Sequence record: MZ436830.1
Source of the DNA: Escherichia phage JK1
Length of the DNA: 64,000 nt
Direction: 5' to 3' (one strand)
The first letter of the stretch is position 1. Every line of letters begins with the position of its first letter. This document shows positions 19,145-28,868 of this stretch, piece by piece. The notes under the pieces were generated by a model. The model searched no databases, was not told the DNA's origin, and saw only the letters and a list, made by a program, of their open reading frames with translations. The position numbers were made by a program, and so were the translations under genes.

Positions 19145-19402
19145 TTATTTTAAAACTTCTGCGTAATCACATGTTACAAACTGTTTCTCTAGCTTAACGA
19201 TCTTACGAAAATACCTTTTACACTGACGAATCTGTCGCTTCGTAGGACGTACAGCAAACTTAATAAATTCCACTCGACCAAATGGAGGACTTTCTTCTGC
19301 TGGAATATCTAACACCAATTCCCATGTATCTGCAATAAGTGCTTTGAATTGCGTATTTTTCCTGACGTTATACGGAGTAGGTTTAAATAAAACAATATGC
19401 AT
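19145..19402 (-). CDS. hypothetical protein
   Basis: start trimmed to ATG with GAGGA SD. Confidence 0.45.
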   Translation of the reverse strand: MHIVLFKPTPYNVRKNTQFKALIADTWELVLDIPAEESPPFGRVEFIKFAVRPTKRQIRQCKRYFRKIVKLEKQFVTCDYAEVLK

Positions 19403-19403
19403 A

Positions 19404-19586
19404 TTATCCTCGGCAATCCACTTCACATACTTTCTTGTCATCAATGAAAGCTTTAACTAATGCTTTATTAACTTCAGCATACTGAGTAGTAGCCCATTGA
19501 ACGTCATCTTTCATCATTGTGGTTTCTTTAGTAAACATGCTTTCATTCTTAAACCACCCCATAAAAACTACCTTTACCAATTCCAT
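19404..19586 (-). CDS. dmd: Dmd-like antitoxin (discriminator of mRNA degradation)
   Basis: 60-aa ORF immediately downstream of gene 41 with its own early promoter; sequence matches my recollection of Dmd. Confidence 0.6.
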   Translation of the reverse strand: MELVKVVFMGWFKNESMFTKETTMMKDDVQWATTQYAEVNKALVKAFIDDKKVCEVDCRG

Positions 19587-19615
19587 AACAATCTCCTCAT
19601 TTAACCAACAAGACT

Positions 19616-19645
19616 ACTATACCATAGTCTCGTCAGCTTGTAAAC
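19616..19645 (-). promoter_or_regulatory. early promoter upstream of dmd
   Basis: GTTTAC-N18-TGGTATAGT. Confidence 0.55.
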
Positions 19646-21072
19646 TAAAATTTTAATTCATTCGCCAAAGCATCTAACTGAGCTCGAGTGGATTCATTTC
19701 TTTGATAGCGATTCTGCTCAGCCTGAATCTGTTGTGAACCTGCTACTTCACTCACTTCAGTTGGAGTAGAATCTTGTTCGATTTCTACCCATTTCTGATT
19801 TCCCTTTTGAACACCCATCAAAAACTTATTCCATTTATTTTTATCACCATATCGTGATTTGATTTGCTTAATGAGTTGTTGTTCAGCAGCTGCTAACTCC
19901 TCGGTTTCAATGACCGCAAGCATAAAATCGGCTGTTGCTGGAAGACCGGCAGATTCTGCAATATCGCTCATGTTAACATCGGAAGAGTCCCAAGCTTGTT
20001 TACCAACCTGTGCTGCAGTCCAAAGAACAGTTTCGGTTTCAACAGCAAGAGCACGCAATTCCTCTGCAATAGCTTTAACAGTTGTGTAACTATTTTCTGA
20101 ATAAACTCTAATGCGGCAAGATTTACAAATACCCAGATAGTCGACAATAATGATTGTTGGAACAAAATTCTTCTTAAGCTTCAATTCGTTTAAAAGTGAT
20201 CGAAATGTATTAGCATCTGCTCCACCAGTAGGATACTGTTTAACGATTAAACGACCGAGAGTAGATTTCTCGCGCCATTTTTCCATTTTTCCTTTATACT
20301 CAGCGTAAGAAATATGCCCATCATCAATGTCATCAAGAGAAACATCAAGCATATTAGCATCAATACGTTTAGCACAGACTTCTTCTGCCATTTCCATGGA
20401 AATGTAAAGAACATTATGTCCGAGCTGTAAATAATCTGCTGCTAATGAACACAATCCTAATGACTTACCAACGTTAACGCCAGCCATTAAAACGTTCAGT
20501 GTTCCAGTCTCAGCTCCGCCTTTAGTAATTTTATTTAGAATTCTGAGTTTAAATGGAACTTTACGAGCTTTATTCATATAAGATAGCCAGCGTGCTTCGT
20601 AGTCATCCATCCAATCATGACCAACGTAGCTATCAAATGAAATTGATAATGCTTGGCGCATGATGTCAGGAATAGCACCAACATCCGGCATTTTCTTATT
20701 TCGTTTTTCCGGAGGAAGCTCAGCATTAGTTTGAATTTCGATTATTTTAGACGTAGCATTAAACATCGCCCTTTGCTGAACATATTTTTCTGTTTCTTTT
20801 ACTAACCAGCTGTGGTCTTCTGGAGAATCAGCCAGTTTTGAAATAAGTGTTTTTACACCAGAATATTCTGTTTCAGTAAATGAACTATTTTCTAATGCAA
20901 CATTTAACGCATTAATAGATGGAACGCTATGGTACTCATTAACATGAGATTTAATTAATTTGAATGTATTTTTAGCTGGACCACTTTCAAAATATTCTGA
21001 ATCCATATATGGCCAAACTTTTGAAAAATAAGCTTGATCAAATATAAGATGAGAAAGAATAATTTCTACCAC
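19645..21072 (-). CDS. 41: replicative DNA helicase (DnaB-like)
   Basis: 475 aa; Walker A GVNVGKS. Confidence 0.9.
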   Translation of the reverse strand: MVEIILSHLIFDQAYFSKVWPYMDSEYFESGPAKNTFKLIKSHVNEYHSVPSINALNVALENSSFTETEYSGVKTLISKLADSPEDHSWLVKETEKYVQQRAMFNATSKIIEIQTNAELPPEKRNKKMPDVGAIPDIMRQALSISFDSYVGHDWMDDYEARWLSYMNKARKVPFKLRILNKITKGGAETGTLNVLMAGVNVGKSLGLCSLAADYLQLGHNVLYISMEMAEEVCAKRIDANMLDVSLDDIDDGHISYAEYKGKMEKWREKSTLGRLIVKQYPTGGADANTFRSLLNELKLKKNFVPTIIIVDYLGICKSCRIRVYSENSYTTVKAIAEELRALAVETETVLWTAAQVGKQAWDSSDVNMSDIAESAGLPATADFMLAVIETEELAAAEQQLIKQIKSRYGDKNKWNKFLMGVQKGNQKWVEIEQDSTPTEVSEVAGSQQIQAEQNRYQRNESTRAQLDALANELKF

Positions 21073-21081
21073 ACTTACTCC

Positions 21082-21438
21082 TTAAAAGAATTTAAATTTT
21101 TTCTTTGACCTTTTATTAAATGCATCTTGCAGTTGCATTGTAATACATTTTTCTACATGAGGAGCTAACTCAGCTTTTCTTTCTTGGTCAAGAACAGCAA
21201 AGTCCATTACGACTTTTCCATCAACCCAATCTAATTTTGTCACATACACAATGTGTGTAGAACCATCTTCTAGTTTAATGACAATCTCCTGGATAACATT
21301 TTCCATGGCAGATTTAATTATCTTAAGAGATTCATTAAAAAGACGTTCTTTTCTTTCTTCTTCCCCCTCCGAAGAGGGGGATTCATCGATAATTTCTAGA
21401 TCTAAATCATCTTTATTCATTAAATTCTTCCATATCAC
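21082..21438 (-). CDS. 40: gp40-like protein (head vertex assembly chaperone position)
   Basis: 118 aa between uvsX and 41. Confidence 0.55.
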   Translation of the reverse strand: MIWKNLMNKDDLDLEIIDESPSSEGEEERKERLFNESLKIIKSAMENVIQEIVIKLEDGSTHIVYVTKLDWVDGKVVMDFAVLDQERKAELAPHVEKCITMQLQDAFNKRSKKKFKFF

Positions 21439-22594
21439 TTAACTGTTCGAGGTCAGTTTCTAAATCAGCAGCTGATTTACTTTTACTTTCTGGAGATTTA
21501 AATTTTTCAACCTTTGAGTTAATCAATTCATCAACTTCAGCTTCAACAATTTCATTACTATCAATAGCACCTAACTGATAAGCACGTTTAATAGCATCTC
21601 GGAATGGTTGATGCTTAAATAAAGGACCCCAGAATGTAGTGCAGTTGGTATCTTTTGCACGCCAAGATTTTTCTTCGCGAATCATCTCGCCGGTTTCTTC
21701 GTCAAGAAATTCACGAGCATACCAACCATTCTTAGGTTTTACTACAAATCCTAATTCTAGAGCCATATCTAACAATCCAGAATAAGGATCGATACCACCG
21801 TCAAATTTAACATCAATAAAGAATTTACTTTTTTCTTTAACGGTACGAGATTTTTCTACATTTAGAACAAATTGATACCCTTGAAGATCAGAACCATCTT
21901 TAATCTGACGCTTACCGATAATGAATACGGTATCAGCCGAATACATTACGCCTGTACCACCTGTCATCACGGTTTTACTAAACATTTCAATTGTTTCAAT
22001 TGTATGGTTAACCGCAACACATGGAATATTTTTAATGCTAAAGTAAGGAGTAACAATACGGAATAATGACTTCAGTGATTTAGCACGAGTCATATCTGCC
22101 ACAGATTTTTCATTCAAGGCATCTTCCGTTTCTTTCTTAGAAGCCATATTACCAATTGAGTCGATGAATACTATAACCTTTTCACCACGCTCAATAGCTT
22201 CAAGCTGATTCACCATATCAATTTTCAGCTGTTCAACTGATTGAATTGGCGTATGAATTACACGTTCCGGGTCAACTCCCATGGATCGCAAATAAGCTGG
22301 AGTAATACCAAATTCGCTATCATAGAATAGACAAACTGCGTCAGGATATTTGTTCAAATATGCCGCAACCATAGTCAAAGACATATTTGATTTAAAGTGT
22401 TTAGAAGGCCCTGCGAAAATAGTTAAACCAGACTGCATACCGCCATCAATCGCACCAGAAATAGCAATATTAAGCATTGGGATTTTTGTACGGATTACAT
22501 CCTTTTCATTAAAGAATTTAGATGTAGTCAGTTCAGCAGTCATTTTAGAAGTGGAAGCTTTAATCAAACGGGATTTTAAATCTGCAATAGACAT
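21413..22594 (-). CDS. uvsX: UvsX recombinase (RecA-like)
   Basis: 393 aa; Walker A GPSKHFKS; strong match to T4 UvsX. Confidence 0.9.
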   Translation of the reverse strand: MSIADLKSRLIKASTSKMTAELTTSKFFNEKDVIRTKIPMLNIAISGAIDGGMQSGLTIFAGPSKHFKSNMSLTMVAAYLNKYPDAVCLFYDSEFGITPAYLRSMGVDPERVIHTPIQSVEQLKIDMVNQLEAIERGEKVIVFIDSIGNMASKKETEDALNEKSVADMTRAKSLKSLFRIVTPYFSIKNIPCVAVNHTIETIEMFSKTVMTGGTGVMYSADTVFIIGKRQIKDGSDLQGYQFVLNVEKSRTVKEKSKFFIDVKFDGGIDPYSGLLDMALELGFVVKPKNGWYAREFLDEETGEMIREEKSWRAKDTNCTTFWGPLFKHQPFRDAIKRAYQLGAIDSNEIVEAEVDELINSKVEKFKSPESKSKSAADLETDLEQLSDMEEFNE

Positions 22595-22671
22595 TCATTT
22601 TTTCCATAGGCATCATTATATTTTCCTCACTGGTTAAAGATAGAGTAATTATAACACAATAAATTTAGGCA

Positions 22672-23520
22672 TTAATCAACTGCTATTGGATGAATAGCAT
22701 TAAACTTATGAAATGCTTCTGATTTTTCTTTACGAGAAACACACATGCGAAGAACCTTTAATGGCTCGTCTTCTTCACCCAACGATTTTCGTTTTTCAAT
22801 ATTAGAAGTTTTCCAACGAGCTTGCTCTGGAAACTCTCTATTGATTTGCTCAAGCGCTCTATTATGTTTAGAATTACTACGAATTGAACTGCACCCGCCA
22901 GGAGCTTGTGCTTTTCCAGATACAACCAGATATTTGAACAAGGCCAAATGCGGATAACCTTGATTAATTAAATTGAGAAATGCATACATATCTTCGCACA
23001 AATCAATTTTTCCATACCCAATTTGTTCTGTCGTAAGTTTTCCGAGGTCATACCATGTATTCGTGAATCCATATGAATTTTCACGATAATTACCCCAAGA
23101 TGAAGTAATTTTAAAAATAGGTAGACGAGCATGACCGTGATAATACCCGCAATCCATGGCATCTTCAACGTATTGAATCAATTCATAGAACTGTTCACGG
23201 GTTAATTGATTGACTTTATCTACACAACGACGGTCATCTCTTTTTCGCATTGAACTCATACGAATAGTAGTATCATCGTCAATCATCCAGATTCGTTGAC
23301 CTGCATACATATCAGTAATTGCTTTACGAGTACCGGCAATTCCGTTTACATCATCAGGAATAGTTATAATTTTAGCTCTAGACCCATAGGCATCATAATA
23401 AGCTTTTTCTTCATGTTCACGCACTACAATATGGGGTTCATAATCAGTCGGAAACATATCAAGGGCAGAAACTGCCCCGACACGCTGATAACTTGGAATT
23501 ACGAATTGAATCATTTCCAC
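22672..23520 (-). CDS. GT-A fold glycosyltransferase (DxD), probable HMC-DNA glucosyltransferase at the beta-gt locus
   Basis: 282 aa; IWMIDDDTTI DxD motif; between uvsX and 42. Confidence 0.55.
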   Translation of the reverse strand: MEMIQFVIPSYQRVGAVSALDMFPTDYEPHIVVREHEEKAYYDAYGSRAKIITIPDDVNGIAGTRKAITDMYAGQRIWMIDDDTTIRMSSMRKRDDRRCVDKVNQLTREQFYELIQYVEDAMDCGYYHGHARLPIFKITSSWGNYRENSYGFTNTWYDLGKLTTEQIGYGKIDLCEDMYAFLNLINQGYPHLALFKYLVVSGKAQAPGGCSSIRSNSKHNRALEQINREFPEQARWKTSNIEKRKSLGEEDEPLKVLRMCVSRKEKSEAFHKFNAIHPIAVD

Positions 23521-24251
23521 TCACCTTTATAGTCTTTTTTCACAATATGAGTTTCGCCAGTATTCCACCAATGATCAACCAAGTAAAAATGACGAGAATA
23601 TACATGAAGACTTCCGACATTCCATATAATAGAACCTGCTTTATACTGACGAGTTAAATCGCCGGCATTCAAATCAGATACTAATTTATCTAATACGTAT
23701 TTTTGCCATGCATAATCATTACGGAATCCGAAGACCACGTCATTTGAGCGCATGCTTACTACTGCATTGACTTTCTTATCACGAATCAGGTACTGTACTG
23801 TATTAGTACACATGAAATCTGACATACCATCTTTATTGTAGTCAAATTGCATGGATGGACGAGTATAAATCATGATACCACGTCGAGAATCAGGATTTTG
23901 ACCAAGTTCAGCTAAACACATATCATACTGGGCATAGTTATCTTCTGACCAAATAGCCCAACCATAATTCGAGTTAATTTCGCCTTTAGAAGATGCTACC
24001 TGCTGCCAAATCTTTGGTGTTTCACCTGGAATATCTTTAACAAACAAGCTCTTAGATTTATACCATTCAAGTTCACGCTGAATGTATTCATCATTAAGAG
24101 CGCCAAAAATAAACGGTTCATCTGCTACAAATGATGCGCCAATAATTTCAATAGTTTTAACACCGGTTTTATCAACTACGAAATCTTTTTCTTTTAATGC
24201 AAGCCCCAAATGAAGACGGATTTCTTCAACTGTCATAGAGTCACTAATCAT
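23511..24251 (-). CDS. 42: dCMP hydroxymethylase
   Basis: 246 aa; thymidylate-synthase-like fold, recognised sequence. Confidence 0.9.
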   Translation of the reverse strand: MISDSMTVEEIRLHLGLALKEKDFVVDKTGVKTIEIIGASFVADEPFIFGALNDEYIQRELEWYKSKSLFVKDIPGETPKIWQQVASSKGEINSNYGWAIWSEDNYAQYDMCLAELGQNPDSRRGIMIYTRPSMQFDYNKDGMSDFMCTNTVQYLIRDKKVNAVVSMRSNDVVFGFRNDYAWQKYVLDKLVSDLNAGDLTRQYKAGSIIWNVGSLHVYSRHFYLVDHWWNTGETHIVKKDYKGEWK

Positions 24252-24258
24252 TTAAACC

Positions 24259-24408
24259 TCAATTGATACATTCATATTTAACTTGTAACAGTAATAAACC
24301 CCAACCTAAAATAATAGTTGGAATCATAAGAGGAACCGTTACACTATAGTATATACTTATTATAATCATCAAGATTAAAAGCAACACTGCTATAATTTTG
24401 CTTTTCAT
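24259..24408 (-). CDS. small membrane protein
   Basis: 49-codon hydrophobic ORF; ATGA overlap with imm stop. Confidence 0.35.
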   Translation of the reverse strand: MKSKIIAVLLLILMIIISIYYSVTVPLMIPTIILGWGLLLLQVKYECIN

Positions 24409-24656
24409 TCCTTCTCTCTGATGATAATTACCTGATTTGGTTGTGCAGACTTTTTAGTTTCACCCGCAATTGACCAAATAAATGTAATAAACCAACCAAT
24501 AATTGACCAGTTAAACAGTAAAGATGTGAAAAAGATTCCTACTGTCGATTTTGACCCACGCATCAAGGCGATAAACCATGGAAGCATGTATATAATAATA
24601 GCCAACACACCTGAAACTAAAACCATAAAAATTGAACCTGCTACTAAAGTTTCCAT
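24405..24656 (-). CDS. imm: immunity (superinfection exclusion) membrane protein
   Basis: 83 aa, two TM segments, directly upstream of 42. Confidence 0.75.
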   Translation of the reverse strand: METLVAGSIFMVLVSGVLAIIIYMLPWFIALMRGSKSTVGIFFTSLLFNWSIIGWFITFIWSIAGETKKSAQPNQVIIIREKE

Positions 24657-24663
24657 GTTTTCC

Positions 24664-25044
24664 TCACTTAGTCAAATTTTTTACACATGAATTATAAGAA
24701 TTCACTACATACTCCATCGGAGCATTTTTACCAGTACGCCATTGGTAATTATTAGCCCAATTAGCCCAAAGCTCGGCGCAGTAGTTTTCAATTTTTTCTT
24801 CGCGTGTAATTACATCCGAATTACGATATGCTTGAGCAGATTCATCTGGACGAATAGCTTCGTCAAAATTCGCCTGCATTTGTTCTACTGTTTGCTTTGG
24901 AGCTTCTTTATAACACTTGACATTAGGATTATAAAATTTGCTTGAACAGTTTACAATTTTTCCTACATCAGACTGATTTACTACCGGTCCTTGAGCTACA
25001 CAACCAGTAAGACCTAATGCAATAACCAAAATAGCGATTTTCAT
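24664..25044 (-). CDS. predicted lipoprotein
   Basis: signal peptide with lipobox LTGC. Confidence 0.55.
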   Translation of the reverse strand: MKIAILVIALGLTGCVAQGPVVNQSDVGKIVNCSSKFYNPNVKCYKEAPKQTVEQMQANFDEAIRPDESAQAYRNSDVITREEKIENYCAELWANWANNYQWRTGKNAPMEYVVNSYNSCVKNLTK

Positions 25045-25054
25045 AATAATTTCC

Positions 25055-25291
25055 TCAAATGCAAGTAGTAATTACTCCAGTAGTGCTTATGCAGGTATTA
25101 CCCATTTGCACACCTAAAGATCCATTTGTATTCACATGAAGATTATCATCAATTTTAACTGATATTTTACCATTAGTGTGAATAACGGTGCTAGATTCAA
25201 TCACAGGTTGAGTATCATTTTCAACACTAACAAATGGAACTGCTGCTAATGCAACTAAACAAACTGCTAAGCATCCCATAACAATTTTCAT
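25055..25291 (-). CDS. small secreted protein
   Basis: signal peptide; ATG with GGAG SD (track start is TTG extension). Confidence 0.5.
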   Translation of the reverse strand: MKIVMGCLAVCLVALAAVPFVSVENDTQPVIESSTVIHTNGKISVKIDDNLHVNTNGSLGVQMGNTCISTTGVITTCI

Positions 25292-25380
25292 TTTATTCTC
25301 CAAATCTGTATCAGTAGTTGATAGTTGTATAGTACCATGGAAGAACAGTCTTGTAAACAGTTTTGTGAAAATTTTTTAGG
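25292..25380 (-). repeat. promoter/5'-UTR cassette, copy B
   Basis: near-identical to copy C apart from a 14-bp variable core; includes GTTTAC and TACTAT. Confidence 0.6.
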
Positions 25381-25440
25381 GAATTCTAAAGGTCCAGAAT
25401 CATCTGTTTTTCATAAGTATAGATTTATATTACTTGTATG

Positions 25441-25461
25441 AAAAAGGGACCCGGAGGTCCC
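25441..25461 (-). terminator. rho-independent terminator after gene 43
   Basis: GGGACC-UCCG-GGUCCC followed by UUUUU. Confidence 0.55.
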
Positions 25462-25474
25462 TAGATTTATTCTA

Positions 25475-28171
25475 TCAGCCAAACAGGAAGTCTAACGAAG
25501 CTTTTTCTTCATAGTCCATACCAGCCGATTCACACATGCCTGCAAGCGGTTTAACAAACGATTTTTGGAACAAAGTTGAGTAGTCAATCCAAGACAGTAC
25601 GTCAGAACGAATTTCTTTTGGAAGTTCTGTACCCGACGGCCAAGCAATGCATTTGTCACCAAATGGATTTCCTTCACGCAATGGAAGAACCATTACTTTA
25701 TTTCCATCCAAAATTGGAGCTACACCTAAACCGCTAACAGCTCGACGATAAGTTAGCACACCACGAATATGGAACGGACATTTAAATCCTGGCCAACCTT
25801 TATCATCATATTTCGCTATATCGTTCGCAGTTTTTACTTCAGCAATAACTTTATAGTCAAGTTGACGATATTCTTTCTCGAAGTTCTTGTAATATTCTTG
25901 GACAGACTCTTCACCTTCCTGAAGAATACGACGAATACTTTCTTCGAGAGCTTCTTGGACCGCTTTAGGCGTTGAACTCTGCTGAGTTTCCATACCCATG
26001 ATTTTTAGATGCGGTTCAGCAAATCGCTTATCTTCCATATCATAAACGTTCAGAGCATAACGCTTTTTCGCTTTCCAAAATCCACCAACGCCCTTTGAAC
26101 CAAGTGGAGGGCAAGAAATAGCTTCACGGTCCATATGCATCAGATGCTCGCGGTTATTCATATAATCACATAACTCACGATATGCAACATCAATCATAGG
26201 TTCCATCTTTTTCTTACCGAACTGATTCATGAATTCAACTAAATCGTTCTGCTCTTTGAATCGGTCAAGACCAACTTTTTCAATAACTTTATCTACACAA
26301 ACATATACCGAATCAGTATCACCTGCTGCGATGAAATCTTCGCCATTAGTTCCGCATACTTTATTCAGATATTCATTAATTTTACGAGCAATCCACTGAA
26401 TACCAACTTGGCCGAAAATTGTGATAGCAGTAGCATTTCGCAAATCATAGTAACGGAAATGAATATTACCAAGAGCACCGTAAAGGCTGTTAATAAGAAT
26501 TTTACGGTTCAGCTGATTTGTATTAGCAAGTGTAGCCGCTTTTTCACATTCTTCAATCAAACTATTGAGAACAGATTCAGTATAATTCGATAGTTCATTT
26601 AAGAAATCATCACTGAACTTAACATATCGTTCAACTTCAGGTTTAGTTGAACAAGACCCTGCGCCTTTCATAATAATCTTTTTAATAGCTTCGGCATTCA
26701 TTTCTTCAGCGAACATTTTCTTTTTCCAATCTTTACGCTGGAAAAATACTTTAGCGATTTCCTTTGGAATGATACCTTCTTGATGCTTATCATACATCCA
26801 TCCATTCGGAGAACAAGAATATTCATCACTCGGTTTAGGAGCTGTTCCTGCGATATATTCATGAATTGGATGAACTTTAAACTGACCACGAATAGTCTCA
26901 GGACTAATGTTAACCTGACGAATAATGCTCGGATACAGAGACGTCAAGTCAAAACTCATAATATATCGACGAGCAATTGGTTTAGGTTCAAATACGAATG
27001 CACCCGGAAAACTCTGTTTAACGTGCGAACCTTGTTGAGGAATAACCTTATGTTCACCTTTCAATGAGTTAAAAATAATGGCATCCCAGGTTTTAATAGG
27101 ACTCATTACACCAGAAAAAGGCATTTTAGCGTAATAAGACATACTTAAAACTAGATCGATAAACCCGCGAATTTTATCAATTGCTTGAACTGATTCTACG
27201 TCAATGATGTTATAACTAATGTATCGTTGATGATTAGTCTCACGAAGTTTATTAATAGGACCGTCGTATGGTAATTTACCTTTTTTGGTTTCATGTTGAG
27301 CAACTGATTCCAAAGAGAATGACGGCAAATTAGTAAAAGCGAATTTCTTGTACAAATCTAAATAATCAAGAATAGATACGCCATCAATAGAATAAATTTC
27401 TTTGCTGCCGTACATATTTTGAATTAGTTTGGATTTTACCCGACCGATTGGAGAGAAACGTTTCATACTGCGTTCACCTAGAATCATTTTAACACGATTC
27501 ATGATATATGGAACGTCAAACCCCTCAATATTCCAACCAGTAAAAATAGCAGGTCGTTTCTGTTCCCAGAGATTGATATATTCCATGAGCATATCACGCT
27601 CATTATCGAATGGCATATAAATTACTCGGTCAAGAATTTCTTGAGGAACTTCATCACCACCTTCACAGTCAAGCTTAGCAGCTAACTTTGCATCCCATTT
27701 TGATACTGAACCATACATTGAATTCAAAAGGTCGAAAACATAAAAACGATCATCAATTGAATCGTAATGAGTGATAGCATCAATTTCATATTCAGCTTTC
27801 ATTGGGTCAGGAAATTTATCACCAGTAACCTCAATGTCACAGTTAGCTACACGAACAAATTTTCGGTCATAAACAATTTCTGAACCGTATGTATCACTGA
27901 TATAAGCGAGTTTAAAATCGTTCATACCGAGAGCTTCGAGACCGATGTCTTCCATTCGTTTCATCCAATCTCGAGCATCTTTCATTGATGGAAATTTTTG
28001 AGGAGCACAATTTTTACCATAGATGTCTTTGTACTTTGACTCTTCCTTACAATGCCTAAACATAGTTGGAAGATATTCTACTTCACGAGTACGTTCCTTT
28101 CCATTTTCATCAATATAACGTTCAACAATATTATTTCCGACTGTTTCAATAGAGATATAAAATTCTTTCAT
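25475..28171 (-). CDS. 43: DNA polymerase (family B)
   Basis: 898 aa; exonuclease and polymerase motifs incl. YGDTDS. Confidence 0.95.
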   Translation of the reverse strand: MKEFYISIETVGNNIVERYIDENGKERTREVEYLPTMFRHCKEESKYKDIYGKNCAPQKFPSMKDARDWMKRMEDIGLEALGMNDFKLAYISDTYGSEIVYDRKFVRVANCDIEVTGDKFPDPMKAEYEIDAITHYDSIDDRFYVFDLLNSMYGSVSKWDAKLAAKLDCEGGDEVPQEILDRVIYMPFDNERDMLMEYINLWEQKRPAIFTGWNIEGFDVPYIMNRVKMILGERSMKRFSPIGRVKSKLIQNMYGSKEIYSIDGVSILDYLDLYKKFAFTNLPSFSLESVAQHETKKGKLPYDGPINKLRETNHQRYISYNIIDVESVQAIDKIRGFIDLVLSMSYYAKMPFSGVMSPIKTWDAIIFNSLKGEHKVIPQQGSHVKQSFPGAFVFEPKPIARRYIMSFDLTSLYPSIIRQVNISPETIRGQFKVHPIHEYIAGTAPKPSDEYSCSPNGWMYDKHQEGIIPKEIAKVFFQRKDWKKKMFAEEMNAEAIKKIIMKGAGSCSTKPEVERYVKFSDDFLNELSNYTESVLNSLIEECEKAATLANTNQLNRKILINSLYGALGNIHFRYYDLRNATAITIFGQVGIQWIARKINEYLNKVCGTNGEDFIAAGDTDSVYVCVDKVIEKVGLDRFKEQNDLVEFMNQFGKKKMEPMIDVAYRELCDYMNNREHLMHMDREAISCPPLGSKGVGGFWKAKKRYALNVYDMEDKRFAEPHLKIMGMETQQSSTPKAVQEALEESIRRILQEGEESVQEYYKNFEKEYRQLDYKVIAEVKTANDIAKYDDKGWPGFKCPFHIRGVLTYRRAVSGLGVAPILDGNKVMVLPLREGNPFGDKCIAWPSGTELPKEIRSDVLSWIDYSTLFQKSFVKPLAGMCESAGMDYEEKASLDFLFG

Positions 28172-28229
28172 AGATATTCCTTAGTTTATAGCCCGAGTTA
28201 TTAGGCTCTTGATATATTATACTCCAAAT

Positions 28230-28247
28230 AAGGGGCCGAAGCCCCTT
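28230..28247 (-). promoter_or_regulatory. C(UUCG)G RNA hairpin in gene 43 leader (candidate translational operator)
   Basis: GGGGC-UUCG-GCCCC on transcript, about 60 nt upstream of gene 43 ATG. Confidence 0.4.
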
Positions 28248-28251
28248 TGCT

Positions 28252-28488
28252 TTAAATTTCTATTGTACGACGCGATATAACGGACTTGCCATCTGTATTT
28301 GTGGTTTTGATAATCGCATGAAATGCGCGTTGGCGTGGGTAAACTAATCGTTGGAATTCTTTTTGGAATTCTATTTGTTTATCTTCCGGGAGGTCAAAAA
28401 CCAGTTGGGTAGAAGACAGACCATATGTTTGTTTTAGATTTTCGAATATTAGAAAAGCTTCGGTAAACTGAATTTCTGATTGTGTCAT
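28252..28488 (-). CDS. small hypothetical protein
   Basis: start trimmed to MTQSEIQF. Confidence 0.4.
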   Translation of the reverse strand: MTQSEIQFTEAFLIFENLKQTYGLSSTQLVFDLPEDKQIEFQKEFQRLVYPRQRAFHAIIKTTNTDGKSVISRRTIEI

Positions 28489-28498
28489 ATAATTTACC

Positions 28499-28867
28499 TT
28501 AATTACCAATCGTATATTTAGGAACGAGTTTCCATTCATGTTTTTGTTTAAAAGAAATAACTCGGAAGTTATTAGTTAAATCTTTCATAAAAGTTCTTTG
28601 ACCAGGAACGATTTCAATCAGTCCCCAATCTTCTAACAACCATGCTATTGAATCACGACGAACTTCATCTTCTTCTGTCATTTCAACTTGGCGACCATCC
28701 ATACGAAGCATTTCTTTAAAATGAACGATATAGTATAGTCCTTTTTTCTGAAGAATATGACAGGACTGATACAGAACTTTATCTTTATTATTAGCAATTC
28801 CCATACGAGTCAAAGTTTCTTTTACTTTCAGAAAATCTTCAGGTTTTTTAAGAGTAATTTCAATCAT
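28499..28867 (-). CDS. regA: RegA translational repressor
   Basis: 122 aa between 62 and 43. Confidence 0.8.
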   Translation of the reverse strand: MIEITLKKPEDFLKVKETLTRMGIANNKDKVLYQSCHILQKKGLYYIVHFKEMLRMDGRQVEMTEEDEVRRDSIAWLLEDWGLIEIVPGQRTFMKDLTNNFRVISFKQKHEWKLVPKYTIGN

Positions 28868-28868
28868 T

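Noticed and set aside
25492-28171. Nested ORFs inside gene 43 (25492-25677 minus; 25769-25975, 26408-26593, 26780-27067, 27429-27620 plus)
   Set aside because: Contained within the DNA polymerase coding region, which is a confidently identified 898-aa gene.
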